This document shows, piece by piece, positions 12,051 through 26,470 of a DNA stretch of 64,000 nucleotides. The stretch is from Sphaerodactylus townsendi. Its lineage: Eukaryota. The notes under the pieces are model-generated. The model was not told the origin of the DNA. It made no database searches and saw only the letters and a program-made list of their open reading frames with translations. The position numbers were made by a program, and so were the translations under genes. The stretch is taken from contig NC_059427.1 of the NCBI RefSeq assembly GCF_021028975.2, positions 56,544,001 through 56,608,000 on the forward strand, written 5' to 3'. Position 1 is the first letter of the stretch. Each line of letters opens with the position of its first letter.

Positions 12051-13081
12051 TTCTTCATATATATGTGAACCCATAATCTCTTACATGACAACAGCTTCAA
12101 GGAACTCAGAGAGTTCCACCTGAGTACAACTCAGCCCCTTTACTTCAGAATCTGAAAGGTTTCAAAGAGAGTTGATTCGTATTTATACACCACTGTGGCA
12201 ACTGTCCTTTTAATTGCTGTGGCAATTGTCCTTCTAATGGGTGCCTGGCCTGACTCACCTTCCCCTTCAGCGTATCTCCAAGGGCAGCCTGCATGCCAAC
12301 CATGCCACAGCTGAAAGAAAACCTGGATTTTAAAGGCAGGGGGCAGGGAATTTTGTGTGGGGCAGGGAGTTTTGGGTAGGGGTGGGGACAATCAGGGCAC
12401 CCTCCACATGACTAATTAGAGTGGTGCCCAGGGCTCAAGCCCTCTCATGCCCCAGGGCAGCAACACCTCTGCTTCAAAGACAACTGAGAAGCAGAGGTGG
12501 TTTGCCATTGCTTGTCTCTGCAGAGTTTTCTTGGGTAGTCTCCCATCCAAGTACTTAGCTTTCAAGATCTGATGAGATCAGGCTACCCCATGATGCCTTT
12601 CCTTCTCCTTATTCAAGCAAAATGATACACATTTTGTATACATTTGTCTCATGGGGTGTGTGATGAGTTCAGATGAAAAAGCAGGATGGCAAGTAGGCAG
12701 ACTGGAAGGGGATCTAAAAGAACAGAAGCTAGAAGGGGCAGGCTGATACACTGGTAAGGGCAGAGTGACATCCAAAGTCCCAAGCCTAGCCTGCAAACAT
12801 TTGTAGGAATGTGAGGTCAGAGGAAACAGAGAGCATCTATGCTGGAACCTAAATGGCTACTGCCCTTTTTTCCTTTCAGTGGCTCACAAGGGGGCACAGC
12901 ATCCAGACCAGAAGGTTCCCAGTTCAAGTGCACCTGGTAGATCATGCTACAGCAAGGTGCTTGGTCAACTTATTGTGCTTTTTGTCATATCTGAAAATAA
13001 ATACTGGAAGGAATTTTGACATTTACAACACACTAATTACAGTTCTACATCAATAACCAAATAAAGAATTACTGAAATCTA

Positions 13082-13174
<93 letters not shown>

Positions 13175-13381
13175 CTAAAAAATAATAATACAGAAACATT
13201 TACTTGCTTCTATTTTCATTCCATCCACCACAATTTTGATCATCAACAGTCCTGCTATATCAAATGAAGGATCTATTTTTCTATTTTATTTATTTTTTAC
13301 ATTAATACCCCGCCCAATCTCTCAAAGGACTCAAGCAGCTTTACATAGACATACATAATAAAAACTGTTCAAAAATGCAAA

Positions 13382-13522
13382 GGCCCCTTCCGCACACGCA
13401 AAATAATGCATTTTCAAACCACTTTCACAACTGTTTGCAAGTGGATTTTGCCATTCCGCACAGCTTCAAAGGGCACTGAAAGCAGTTTGAAAGTGCATTA
13501 TTCTGCATGTGCGGAATGAGCC
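13382..13522. mobile_element. Short Harbinger-like MITE (141 bp)
   Basis: TIR GGCCCCTTCCGCACACGCAAAATAATGCA / TGCATTATTCTGCATGTGCGGAATGAGCC; flanks AAA/AAA; degraded relative at ~49405-49555. Confidence 0.8.
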
Positions 13523-14924
13523 AAATACAAATATTTCCCTGTTTCTACAAATAACCAACCAGAAGCCTTGAGGAAGCCCTCACATAGAGAAAACAAGTTT
13601 GCTACAAGATTCAAGGAAAGAACAGGTCAGCATGCAACAGAGAACTTGATCTGCAGCTAGACATGATTACTTTGGTTTTGCAATATTAGTTTCTTTGACA
13701 AAAAAGAAAATAATGTTCAGTTTGAAAGGAGGATTTTGGACTTCTAGTTTATGAGTTTACAAATTTTTACACACCAAAATTTGTTACAATATTTAGTTCA
13801 TGAGGGGAAGAAATCACTAATTTAAAATGTTATACGCTGCTTTATTGCAGCATTCAAACCAGCTCACAATATTAAACTACAACAACATAGGCAAACAATA
13901 TAAACACAAATACCTCAGACTGTCATATGAATAAAACGTCCTCCACAAACCAGTTCATGGAACTGCTTTTGGCTCTTCTGGAAAAACCATGTTACTCAGT
14001 GGAGCCATTAATGGCTCCAGTGGGTAGTCTGGAGATGTGAAAACAGCTAAAGCAACTTTTCCATACTTCCTCAAACCACCTCATGGCATTCCAGGAGGCA
14101 CCAAGCTCACAATTTTACAAAGTAACAAAAACAAGTCGTTGGACATGAACAGAATAAAAGCTACCCATAAAACAGGAACAGATCATTTAAAAAAAACTTG
14201 GTAAGATAAAACCCCTAATTAGAAGACTGGATAAAAAGATATATTTTAACTTGGTGCATAACACAAAGCAAGACAGGTACCAGGTGAGTCACAAGGGGGA
14301 GAATATTCCAGAGGCAGGGTACCACAGGGTACCAAGGCAGGATACCAAGTACTGATGCGGTGCTGCCCCGCCACTCCCATGGTGGCTTCCCAGCAGCTTG
14401 AGGAGTCTTGAACAGTAAAAAAGCCTCTTTGCCATTGAGAAGCCTTCACTGGGCTGAATGGATTTACACTGCCTTTTAGATGGCATAACCCCCAGGCACA
14501 GATCACCAGCATAACAGCAGCTCCTCCCCTGGCCATGTCCCCGACCCACCCCTGCTATGCCAGCAGCAGGGGCCCTGGGATGCTGACACGGCCTCTAGAA
14601 CTGTTTCCCAGTGTTGGGGAGGGCCACAGCCATCGCACGCTGGTGGAATCACCCCTCCATGGGGGCAAGTGCCCAAGGAGGGCAAATCCACTGGCAAGGC
14701 CACGTGCTGTTTCCACAAGCAGATTTGCTCCCCCTTTAGATGGGGCTGTAAGTATTATGTGGGTGGAGTCTGGCTCTTCTTTACCTCTCAGGGTTAAAAA
14801 AGTTATAGCCTGCCTGTTTATTTGAAGAACATTTGGCTATATTGCAAAGGTATGTTTAGAGCTGACATAAAATGTAGAATAAATCCATAACATCCCATTT
14901 GATATGATAATCATTGTCAATTAC

Positions 14925-14990
14925 CTGCATTCCAATAACTGCATAGATGAAAAACAACATGGCTATCAAAAGAGCTACATATGGTAGAGC
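14925..14990 (-). CDS. CACNA1D: CACNA1D exon ~34 (66 nt): ALPYVALLIAMLFFIYAVIGMQ (IVS5)
   Basis: ccatag|GCT ... ATG CAG|gtaatt. Confidence 0.97.
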
Positions 14991-16210
14991 CTATGGAGGA
15001 AAAACAGATTATTTTTAAGGTAAGACAGTTTGTACCTCTTTGTAACTCTACATTCAATTTACCAACACATTTACTGCCACTGTGAAATTATTTGAATTGT
15101 CTGCAGCAAGTGGGCTATGGAACCTATAAAACTGCCTTACACTGAATGAAACCATTGGTCCATGTAGCCCAATGCCATTCGCTCTGATAGGTGGATGTTT
15201 CAGAGGTTCTTTTCTTGCATTGTTGCCTTTTAGTGATATGCAAAGCAATGAACATGGGACTATCTACATACAAAGCACATGCCCTGCCAAAACCTGTGGC
15301 TTAAATCCCAACAAAGTGTTTCCACTGAAAGGAATCCCCAGGAATCCAAAGGATTCAGGGATGAGGGTAATATTTTGCGAAGTGGTAGGGGGAAAGCAGC
15401 AAGGCAGTGACACTCTGCTGACAGGAGTTCTTGTGTCAGTAGAAACGCGCTGTGGGATCCAATCCTATAGAGTCCTCTCCCTTACAGTGACTGGCAATGG
15501 TGGCATTCTAATCATTAAAGAACACAATGGATTAATGGTGATCATATCCTGAAACTCAAAGGAACTTGCCTCCTGTGCTACAAGAGGTGCCTCTGAGAGG
15601 AGGAGGAGAAAAGAACTAGAGATCACTTCATCTGCAGTCAAATGTTCCACCACCGAGCTAGGCCTCTTTTTGATTTGTTCTTTTTTAACCAGCTATTTCA
15701 AAAGTTGGTTATCAGTGCTTCGAATTTATATCACAAGAATGTATTGCCTATTTTCAATTCAGTACACTGAAGAGAAAAGCAGATAGGAAATCATCAACCA
15801 CTTCCCAATGACGTTAAAAGTCTTTAGCTGAAGAAGTATTATGTAAAACTTCTAGAGATTACATCAACAATGTGTGGGACCTTTTAGATCACAGTACTGC
15901 AGATTATAATCACAGTTCGTGTCTCTGATTCACCACTACCAAGTATCAAGGAAGTTGGAAGAGAATTAGCAATAGAGTATGATGTACTGTATCAAACTAA
16001 AATTCCCCAACATATCATGAATATTCTAGAAACTAGATTTCGGCACTGCACTGCACTCAAGTCAAATGGATTCCTAAGTACCATAATTTAATCCAAGCAT
16101 CAGTAAAATAGTATTGAAGGTGATATTATTCCATTCACACTTGGTTCTGAAAACCCACCAAACACAGTGGCACTTGCTTCTGAGTAAACATGTAAAGAAT
16201 CAGGCAGATG

Positions 16211-16371
16211 TATTGTCAAAGGCTTTCATGGCTGGAATCACTGGGGTATTGTGTGGTTTCCGGACTGTATGGCTGTGTTCTAGTAGCATTTTCTCCTGAC
16301 GTTTCGCCTGCATCTGTGGCTGACATCTTCAAACGCTACTAGAACACAGCCAGGAAACCACACAACATCCC
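16211..16371. mobile_element. Penelope-like retroelement remnant (inverted pseudo-LTR arrangement)
   Basis: AAGGCTTTCATGGCTGGAATCACTGG...CCTGACGTTTCGCCTGCATCTGTGGC followed by an inverted partial copy; imperfect ~13-bp flanking duplication AATCARGCAGRTG. Confidence 0.8.
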
Positions 16372-17996
16372 AATCAAGCAGGTGGCAAATTGTTTTAAAT
16401 CCATCATGCTTGAGGCTGAAATTTGCAAATGCCTTTTAATTACTGTTAAAATAAAAGTGCTGAATGTTATTAACAATAACAACACCACCCATGGAGACAA
16501 ACAACTTAAATTAAAGATTAAAGTGGTGGCAAAGAGAACTATGATCTCCTGCCATGTGTATGAGCACTAGGTGATGGATGCAATGATCACCATTCTAACG
16601 ACATTGTTGGGAGAATGAGTAAGAGCTTTTTAAAAATCACACAGTGAAAGTACTGATTTGGATCCAGCGAAGCATTTCATGAAGCGGAAGGATTTATGTC
16701 TGCAGATTGTGGCTTTCTTGTCTCCCCCTCTTCTGCTAGAGTCCCAAATGCTGCCTGAAATGCTGCTCCAGACAGACAGCAAATGGCTTCTTCCCACTGA
16801 AAAACTCAGCTGGATCTAAGGCCTTCCAACTTTCAAGAACTAAAGCAAAACAAATTCATTTGTATTTTTAAAGGCACAGAAACTGCAAGTTAATGCACAC
16901 CTTAATCGGTGTTTCATAAATTCAGCACAGAAAGCTTACCATTTTACGTACTGTGCACTGTACATTTTAGGTTAATATACCACATTGGTGCTTTCTCCAC
17001 CAGTTCTTTTGTTCTCTAGATTAGGGACAACCAGGACACATTGCAACTAATGACATGAAGTATCCAGTGGAAGGAATGGATAAGGAAAGGACAGAATATT
17101 TTGAAAAGCCAGTGTAGTGTACGGTTAAAATGTCAGACTTAGATCTGGAAGACTTGGGTTTGAATGCCCAAGTCCACTTGCCATGGAACTTTCCTGGGTG
17201 ACCTTGGGCCTGACTTACACTCTCAGCTGAATCTACCTCACAGGGTTGTTGTGAGAATACAATGGAGGAAGGTGGATACAAGCCACTTTGGGTCCACATT
17301 AGGGAGAAAAGTGGTGTTTAAATGAAGTAAATAAATAAACTTCACACATTATACTCACACATTATATAAACCTGTTTATAATTCTGCATGCAAATAGTGT
17401 ATTATTGTGAACAGTATAATGTCTGAAGTATGATATGCTGCAGAATCTCAACACTTAATTGACATTTGAGAAATTTAGCTTGCAATTCTAAGAACACTTC
17501 TGTAGGTGTAAACCACGCAGAATATAATTAGTAAACCTGCTTAGAATTTTTCTCTTAAAAGCATCACTGCACTTAAATATGAAATTCATGTAATGCCTCT
17601 GAATATAAGTACTTTTCCTTCAGCATACTTTTCCTTCATCAGTGATCAACTGCATCTACAATGCTCACATTGACAAATAAAGCAAGGAATTTTGCCCTTG
17701 CAACATCAAACTAGCTTAAATCTTAGCTGGATTTAACAAAGGGCTGTTTATACTGGGACCTGACCTAGACAGCCCAGGCTAGACTGATCTCATCAGATTT
17801 TGGAAGCTAAGCAGGGGGGGCCTTGGTTAGTATTTGGATGGGGGAAATACCAGGGTCATGATGTGGAAGCAGGCAATAGTAATCTATTTCTGAATGTCTC
17901 TTGCCTTGAAAATTCTACTGTGTGGCATTTTCCACCAACAATGAATATTCTAACTTTATCCATGAATCAGGGCTGGATCTGGGTTAAAGTTATTCA

Positions 17997-18167
<171 letters not shown>

Positions 18168-18569
18168 CTAGAGAGTATTATGGAGAAACCAAACCAAATA
18201 AAATGCACAACATGCAACATTTTCAGGAGAAGAAAGCAACAAACAAATGCAAATGAAGATGTCTCTCTGGGGCCTTCTCAGCTTTGTAGGCATGATATGA
18301 CAGGAAAAATTACATGCTAGCACACAAGACCTATAGAAATGCTTTATATTTCACATGCATTTCCAAGTTTTCAAGTTTGTTAATAGGGTTGTGTTGGGTT
18401 TGTCTGTAGTAGAGTTTGATAGGTACATTGACAACAAATCAATCACTGCAGACATCTTTCTAGTAGGATAGTTATGAAAAGTACAGAAAAAACCAGTGGA
18501 GAGAAGAGATGATAAAAAGAATCAAATCAAGTAGAGGTACAATCACTGGGGTCAGTTCACTAGTCTTAC

Positions 18570-18608
18570 CCCAGACTCATCTGTTGTGACACTTTCAGTT
18601 GGCTTTGG
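18570..18608 (-). CDS. CACNA1D: CACNA1D cassette exon 32 (39 nt, IVS3-S4 linker): PKPTESVTTDESG
   Basis: ttttttaaag|CCA AAG CCA ACT ... TCT GGG|gtaaga; phase 0-0. Confidence 0.9.
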
Positions 18609-21600
18609 CTTTAAAAAATTAAGAACATTAGGCATTAAAATCAAATCAAATACCTTCAAAAATAATTCAACTTGACCACAAAGATGGAATAAGAACAGTT
18701 TAGAACAACTCTGATAATATGACACTGCCCAAATGGTGAGGAACCCATGAAAAATCTCCTTAACATGTTTTACCATACATGAATAAATTAAAGGGTTTTT
18801 TGTGGCAGATTAAATTACTGTACTAAAATACAGAGATATGGCAGGCTTCCCTCTTGAGTTGCAAGTCTAAGAAAACTTTTCCAGAAGGAAGTCCTATTGG
18901 ATTAAAATAGGACTTACTTCTGAACTGATCTTCTTGGGATTGTTCCTGAATCTATGGATTGTCAACTAATAGGCTGTGACCCATAAGTAGCTCACAACCT
19001 GATGTAGGCTGCAGCAACCCCACAATAATGTTATGATGGAAGAGAAAAGGGAGGAAAGAGAAAAAACAGGCAGAGAACAGGACAAATGTATGATTACAGT
19101 AAAGCAGGAACATGATACCTCAGGTTAAAAAAACAAAGTCTCCATGTTGCACACAAGAATTAAAAAGTGGCTCATCTGTAAAAATGGAAGGCCACTACTC
19201 TGAATTGAATACCATGAATTTGGTGTCTGGCCACTATGAACATACCTATCTCTATGGTTCTGCCTAAAGTGATACCTAAGAATATTAATATTCCTTAATC
19301 ACTATTGATCATTCTCTGAACTGGCAATGCAAGTGAAGCGATTGAACTTGAGATAAATCCTTGGGGAATTATGTATAAGAAACAGAAGTTTTGCAGTCAG
19401 CACAATGTGTGGAATACACAATGTTGTGAATCAACAGAAGGTGAAACATTTTGGTTGCTGAATTTCTCCCTAAGGAAGGGTAGACAATCTTCCAAAACTA
19501 TCTGTCTCCATCTATGCTTTGCTTTTATATTTATATTTAGAAATAGAACAATTCATATAAAGTAGTGTTCTCTCAGTTAAGGAAGCTAAAACTGGCAGTG
19601 CTGTCCAGGATACACTGCACCACTGACAGAGCATATAACCTTGGCGCTAACTGTAGCATATTGTTTCCTTGAGAAAATACTGTGAGCTGATAAAGCAGAC
19701 AAGAAGGAGTGACTATTGGCACTCCCATAAGAAATCCCATCTGCTAGCCTTGAAATAAATGAAGGCTCCCCCATGGCAATTCCATGAAGAAAGATTTCAT
19801 GGCAGCAGGTTTGTGAGGATCTTGTCTGAAGCTTGGAGAAAAGTCCAGGGAATTGTGTGGATCAAAGTGAAAGCCTCATTTGATCAGCAGATGTCAGGTG
19901 TCAAAACAGGCCGAAAACCTCTCAGCCACAGATATTTAGTTCAGAGATACCTAAGAAAATCTAGAAAATTGATGAGAAGTTATCTTGGTTTTTATCTGAT
20001 GCTGTGATGCCAGGTGGGAACATGTTATTTCAGATAACTTTTCAATTTGTTTTGTAAGTGGCTGCAAACCACAGTGCAGTCTAGGGCCATTTATGCATAC
20101 ACTAATTACCCCGCAGCTGAGAAGCAGTCGATTCTCTAACTTTGCTTAGCAGTTAGGGGTTTCCTGTTTACATCATTCTTTTTTTGCTTAACTTTTTTAT
20201 CTCCCTATTTTAGCTGACCCACCATTTTGCCTGCCGGCCTCTTTGTTGTTGCCTTGCAACCTCCATTTTGGGAGACAGCCTGCCACTTTTTTGGGAGGGG
20301 GGGGCATCTTTTGAATATTGACAGTTTGCAGAAACAGCCAGGCCAAGCTCTGCCATACCTAGCAATAAAAGCATAACATACTGCAGGACGCTCAAGAGGA
20401 AAGAAGATGGTGGTGGCAGAGGATGAGGGAGAGACAAGGAAGGCCAGGTGAAGCCAGCCTTGTCAGTTTCACTGAGTTCACCACTCCAGCGCTTGCCTTC
20501 AAATGTGGAAATAATTTTTAAAAGGCTATGAGAAAACCTCCCCAAATTTTCTGATCATCCTGAAATAGAGGCCAGTAGAGTGGGAGGAACTACTGTGGTA
20601 TGTGCAAGGGAAGGGGGGGAGCAAGAAAATCCAGGGAAATTTTAATGCATATGGATCTCTTTCACTTTCCCTGCAAAGGGAGAAAAAAAGTTGCACTACA
20701 GAGTTTTCAGAAACTGCAGGGATTCTTAGATCTGAGAATGGAGTGCCGAAGAGGAGAAAACACGTGTAACTGAGAATCAAACCTGAACAGTATGTATGCT
20801 CCAAGTGAAGGAGACCACACATGTAAATGGCCGGGGTGTGAAGCTCAAGAGTCTGGGGTTTTTCACTAAGAGGCCAAGGATTTTTCCCTCAGCCCATTCA
20901 CCTTACCATTTAAAGACATAGAAGACAGATTTGAAGACACTCTCTATGTCTCGAATTTAGTGCTCATTAGCCCATTTGTCATTACGTTAAAAAAATCAAA
21001 GAGAAAGGGAGGGATGCCTTTAAAAGCCTAACAGATCTCCAAATTGACAGTCTGCCATGGCTCAGCAACAATACACACAAAACTAATCAACCAAGCCAAC
21101 CAAGCACTCACCCACTCTTGGAGCAAAACAGGTTGTGAGAAACCCTGATTAAGGTTTCATTAACTGGGGGAGGAGAGAGATTTACCATTAAAGTGTGTGA
21201 AATCTTTTTAAACAGTCTACTTGGCTTCAGAAGCCAAAGTGGGTTAAAGAGCCCTCTGAACCTAAGAGCCTGTTATGAATGGGAAAAGTAAAAAACTGGC
21301 ATGGGAAAGATTCTAGGGAATCAGCGTTTCAGAGTTAAAGCTCAAACATCTTCAGGCCATGCTGGAAGACAATAACTTCCAGATGGACCATTACAACCTG
21401 GAACTACAAGCAAGGATAAATCCTTTATAGCAGCATTTCCCAAACTTTTTTTCCCATGGCCCAGTTATTTTCATACCTCTCCTCCGTGACCCACTAAAAA
21501 ATTTATGGCCTATTGATTAGAAAAATAAAACAAATTGGAATGTTATCCAGCCACATATCTGCCCATGCTGTCTTGGCAGGGCTGAGCCCAGCCCTGCACC

Positions 21601-21741
21601 AAGTCTCATCTGCTCAAGGTGGCATCAGGGAGGCTCCTTGTGGTGCTGCTTCTGCCCCCGCCTCCCTCGCGGCATCAGTGTCTGCTGCAAGCTGCAGGAT
21701 ACAGTAAAATTATCTACTGTTTGAAGATTTGTAGACAATTA

Positions 21742-22840
21742 CCGTATATACTCGTGTATAAGTCGACTTTTTCAGCACATTTTTTGCTGCCTGAGGGAAG
21801 TAGCTAATAACCCTCCTACCTTTCGAGAGAAATTGTAAATACAACAAACATTTGTATGTGGTAAAAAACATTTTATTAACGAAATTCGTTCAAGGTAAAC
21901 AAAAGCATAAGGTGCAGCATGGGGGTCTGATCTTCTGATCTGTGCACTGGGCAGAACAAGTGCTGTCCCCCAGACACCTAAATTTTTCTCAGCACGCCTG
22001 CTGATGAAAAATTATCACACACACTGGAGCAGCTGTGAGATTCCAGATGGGCGGTCGCCACTTCCTGAAGACTCATTGCAGCCAGGGGTGCAAGCCATCT
22101 AAGCCCATGGCTTGCTCCACCCCAAACCTCCTGAGGAGGTTCCACTAAAGTGGGTATTTTGCCCGCTGCCCCCCAGCTAAAGATCAGTCCCCCATGCACA
22201 AACCGCCAGAGAGCTGGGCCCCAGCTCCCGCCCACGTTTGCTCCAGCAAATGGGGAGGTGAAAAGGCCATATTTCATTGTTATGGTTTGCCATATTTCAT
22301 TGTTATACTGCACACTATTGTTTATGAAACAGAAAACAGATTTAAAGTTTCTTTTGTTGTAAGTCTGGTGAATGTTAAGGGTCACAAGGTGGGATCACAC
22401 AGTCAAAGACTTGAACTCCCTTTCCATATCAGATAATATCCCTCTTAAAATCTAAGTTGGGTTACATTTGGACATACAGATGATGATGAGGAATCCAGTT
22501 TTGAAGGATTTTAACTCTTGTGTTTTAGCTTGGTTGCTGATTGAGCTAAGGTCTTTGCACTTTTAAAATTATTGTTGATACCATATTGTTCTTGTTGACC
22601 CTCTTTTCCACTTACAGAGCTAGTTTACTGTTTTTCTTTGAAATAAATATTCAAAAACATTTAACCCACTGATGCCTCAATTAATGTAATTTTATTGGCA
22701 TCTATTTTTATTTTTGAAATTTACCAGTAGCTGCTTCATTTCCCACCCTAGACTTACACTCGAGTCAATACCCAGTTTTTTGTGGTAAAATTAGGTGCCT
22801 TGACTTATATCTGGGTCGACTTATACACGAATATATATGG
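21742..22840. mobile_element. Non-autonomous Tc1/mariner (pogo/Tigger-like) element
   Basis: TA|CCGTATATACTCGTGTATAAGTCGAC ... GTCGACTTATACACGAATATATATGG|TA; 26-bp TIR, TA TSD. Confidence 0.88.
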
Positions 22841-25499
22841 TAATAGTTATTCAGAGGACTAGGACTTCTCTCAGAAGAAGTTGGTATTGTGACACTGTTA
22901 TTATAGTCCTGAATTTTACAAAAGAAAGTTAACAATAGTGGATAGTCTTCAGAAAGGACAATTCAACTTCAGGGATGGGGTCCAAGTTTGTGGTTTGGCA
23001 GAGCATGAGTGAGAACCAGCAGCAGTGTGAGTTTGCTGAAAGTTTGCACCCCAGGATTTCTGTAGAACACTGAAGCTGAGTAGCCAATAGTATCTCTTCC
23101 AAATCATAAAACAAATTCAATGGCAAAATTCAAAAAATTAGAATGTCATTACTAGGAACTATGAGAGGGTGGGATTCCCCTAAAGAAGGTATAAAAACTA
23201 AACTGAGGTGTGATGGTAGGGCAGGAATTCTGGAAGATCTCAAGAGAAACTCTATTGCCACTGCTAGAGAGAAAGGTAGAGATTAAAGGATTTATGGGAG
23301 GGGGAGTAGAGACCTATCAACCCCTCCCTGTCTTTATATGGAAAGGTCCCCCATGTGACAGTAATATTTAAGGTCTGACTAGCTGATTAGAGTCAGCATT
23401 CCTGGCTGGGCTGCCCTCAAGACATTGTTTGCATCAAGTTACAGCTGACTTATGGCAACCCCATAGGGTTTTCAAAGCAAGAGATCAGATGTGGATTGTC
23501 ATTGCCTGTCTCTGTGTTATGCATCAAGACACAGCCTATAATGATAGGCTTAATTAATAATAAATTAAGCTTCTTACTGCTCCTTCTTGGGAGTGATGAA
23601 AGCCCAGCAGATTTGTCCTAAGGGCTCCTTTTGAAGTGACCCCTAGTAACAAGTCTGGTGGTATTGTAGACATGGGAAAAAATGAACAATACATTTTTGT
23701 TTATAACTATGCAGGCATGAAAGCTATAAAAATATTTAGAGGAACTGTCAAGATGATCTTGTGGTTTCATTAAAAACATGCACTTAGCCTTAGGAAACAG
23801 TTCTTCATGCTGGCTGCCTAGCACGCACACAAACAGGTCCAAGACTACATTTTTATCTTTCCTTGTAATTCATACCATTCCTCAATGACAGTTTTTAATT
23901 TTTATTCACAAACCTTAATAACAGAAAGGGCCTAACAGTTTGCATAAAAATTGAATTTGTAATGAAACAGTTTGTAAAGAAACTTAAATGTGTAAAGAGA
24001 CCGTTTGTAAAGAAACTTGAATTTGTATTATTCTTTGACTAAATTGCTCCAATGGACATTGGCCTGCATGAGGTAGTACACCTAATTATTGTATTCTAAG
24101 CAACAGCAAAAGAATGAATATATATTCACAATTAATCATCAGATATGGCATCTATAAAATATACACTCCATGATATCTTACATAGCTCAAGTAATAATTG
24201 TTCTGTCTTCTTCAGAATTCCACTTGGCTGAACTTGTGTTCCTTTGAACGGAAGCAAGTCATGCACCCAAGCAGATAAGGTACTTCAAGGTGACCACACA
24301 TAATAAAGAAACAGGCCTTGATAGAGCTCTTATTTAGAATATGTGACCCTTGAACGGAACTCAGTCTCACACCTCTATAACTGCTCTAAGTATTCTGTGG
24401 ATCCTAGGTCACATTTTATCCCCTTCTGGCCATTTTGAGGCCTTGCCCCCCCCCCCCCCCCCCGGGCCCCTTTTCTTCTGATTAATTTTACAAAGTCATT
24501 TTTTTCTGCATACTCGGGGAGTCCCCAGCTATGTCTAAAGTATTATGAGTAATACTGCACATATTTCTACTTATGGGTGGCGTTGCTGGGCAAGCGAGGT
24601 AGAGTACGGCATACTGATATGGCGTTATGCTGTTTTTTACAGCATTGCTAAATATCACGATCTGCTTTGAGTCTCAGCAAAAAAGGCAGACTATAAATAA
24701 AAACAAATAATTCATAATAAAGGACAGTCACTTTAGGGAGGGGGTTATTTTCAAAGTATTATTAGGCATACAAATCACTATACAAGGAACAGTAGCCTGA
24801 ATCTAATGATTATACATTACAATAAACAAATATATGAAGCATACTCTGTGGAGTCTGCTGAGTACACAGTGGCCATCTTGAGGGGAGGTGTCCACAGGCT
24901 GTAACTGAGTCCTAGTTTTTCCACCTATGCCACAATATATGTATATATACACAGGGCTGAAGTCAGGCTGTATTGGGGAATAGGAGGCTTACCTTTGCCT
25001 TGTGGCCCCATAAAGCCTAGTCAAAGATAGTGAGCCTGAAGCTTTAAGTTTATATTCCTACTCTGAGCAAACCAAGGAGGATTGCAGGGGTCTGGGAGGT
25101 GTATGTAGGCCTCCCATTCCCCATAATTGTCTGAAGTGTTGAATACTTGTGTGCCTGAACTAAGTGGGAAATAGAATTCTCATGTCCTATGTGGATTCTT
25201 CCCTATATAGAGATTTGCACCTGGTGGACTGCATCAAGATATCAAAATGTCTGACTAGGTACAGCTCCACAGGAACATTCTTCCTCCAGAATGAGGATAT
25301 CAGCTTGCCATGCTAATACATACATGTCTTGGCTTACATAGCTAATGTTTAAATGTGGCAGACAGGATCTTCTTTTCCTGATCACAGAAAAACTTCAGTG
25401 TGAGAAATAATACAGTATTAGCCTTGATCATCGAGTGCTAGTTGCATCGTGTCTGCACACAATGGATACTGCAGGATGAATAATCATGCAGTCATTTGC

Positions 25500-25990
25500 C
25501 ACTTTTAACTGTTAGTTGTTTTACACTTTAAAGGAGAGTAGTGGAGCTCAAAGCTAATTATGAAAGATGAAAGGCGCTTTCGAAAAACAGATAAGTGGTG
25601 TGGAAGGGGGAGTTGAGCTTTATGAAATAATGCACAAGGTTGAGAAATGGATAGAAAGAACTCTTTCTTCCATTTTAATACTAGAGTTTGGGGCATACAG
25701 TAAAGCTGATGGCCATAGAGATCATTCAACAGACAGCCTTTATTTAATGAATGATTAAATTAACTACTGAGGAATTACACAATTGACAATGAAGTTTATG
25801 TTATTTGGTTCCATCATCAACCATATGGGAGACTGCAAATGAGAAATCAAAAGGAATTTGACATAGGGAGGGCAATCATGAAGGATCTAGAAAAGATTAT
25901 TAATTGTAAGGATGTGTTGTGAGCCATCAAGATCAAATTAATTCATGTCATAGTATTGTCTATTAATATGCATGGGTGTGAAAGTTGCAT
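25500..25990 (+). mobile_element. Old RTE-clade LINE fragment (RT C-terminal region)
   Basis: Degenerate YLGS-like segment (TTATTTGGTTCC) and ...ATGCATGGGTGTGAAAGTTG (YGCESW-like); boundaries approximate. Confidence 0.5.
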
Positions 25991-26098
25991 TTGCAGAGTC
26001 AGCAACCTCTGGGGGGTGTATTGGGAGAGCCAGTCTCACAAGTACACTGGTCCCAGATAATCAAGAGCTTTAAATATAGGTACTAGTGCCTTGAAAAG

Positions 26099-26386
26099 GA
26101 TCTGGTATGCCACCTGAAGCTCATGGAAATTAGGTCTATCATTGGTAACTAGCCATGATGACTAAAGGGGTCTTCTACATTCAGAGGCCATAAGTCTCAG
26201 AATACCAGTGCTAGGAGACAATAACAGCAGCAACTGGTTTGCTTTTGTGTGATGCAGAATCAGACCATCAGATGATCTGGTACTCTACCTGAAGCTCATG
26301 GAAAATAGGTCTATCATTGGTAACTAGCCATGCTAAGAAACAATAACAGCAGCAACTGGTTGGCTTTTGTGTGATGCAGGATCAGA
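26099..26386. repeat. Local tandem duplication (second copy has an internal deletion)
   Basis: GATCTGGTA..ACCTGAAGCTCATGGAAA.TAGGTCTATCATTGGTAACTAGCCATG ... CAATAACAGCAGCAACTGGTT.GCTTTTGTGTGATGCAG.ATCAGA occurs at 26099-26264 and 26274-26386. Confidence 0.85.
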
Positions 26387-26470
26387 TGACCTTAAATCAC
26401 AGTGAGTCATGAGCCCTGTTTTTTATAATATTATTATTGTTGTTGTTGTTGTTGTTGTTGTTTGTTGTTG

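Noticed and set aside
17770-17870. 5S rRNA gene
   Set aside because: Only a degenerate 5S-like head fused to a SINE body. tRNA-like heads such as 29315 are likewise SINEs, not tRNA genes.
20085-20832. Possible Harbinger-like element (GGCCATTTA...TAAATGGCC)
   Set aside because: Only a 9-bp terminal match and no matching TSD.
20907-20962. Possible cassette exon ending ATG|gtaagg
   Set aside because: Every candidate acceptor gives a frameshift or stop codon, and none abuts a good pyrimidine tract.
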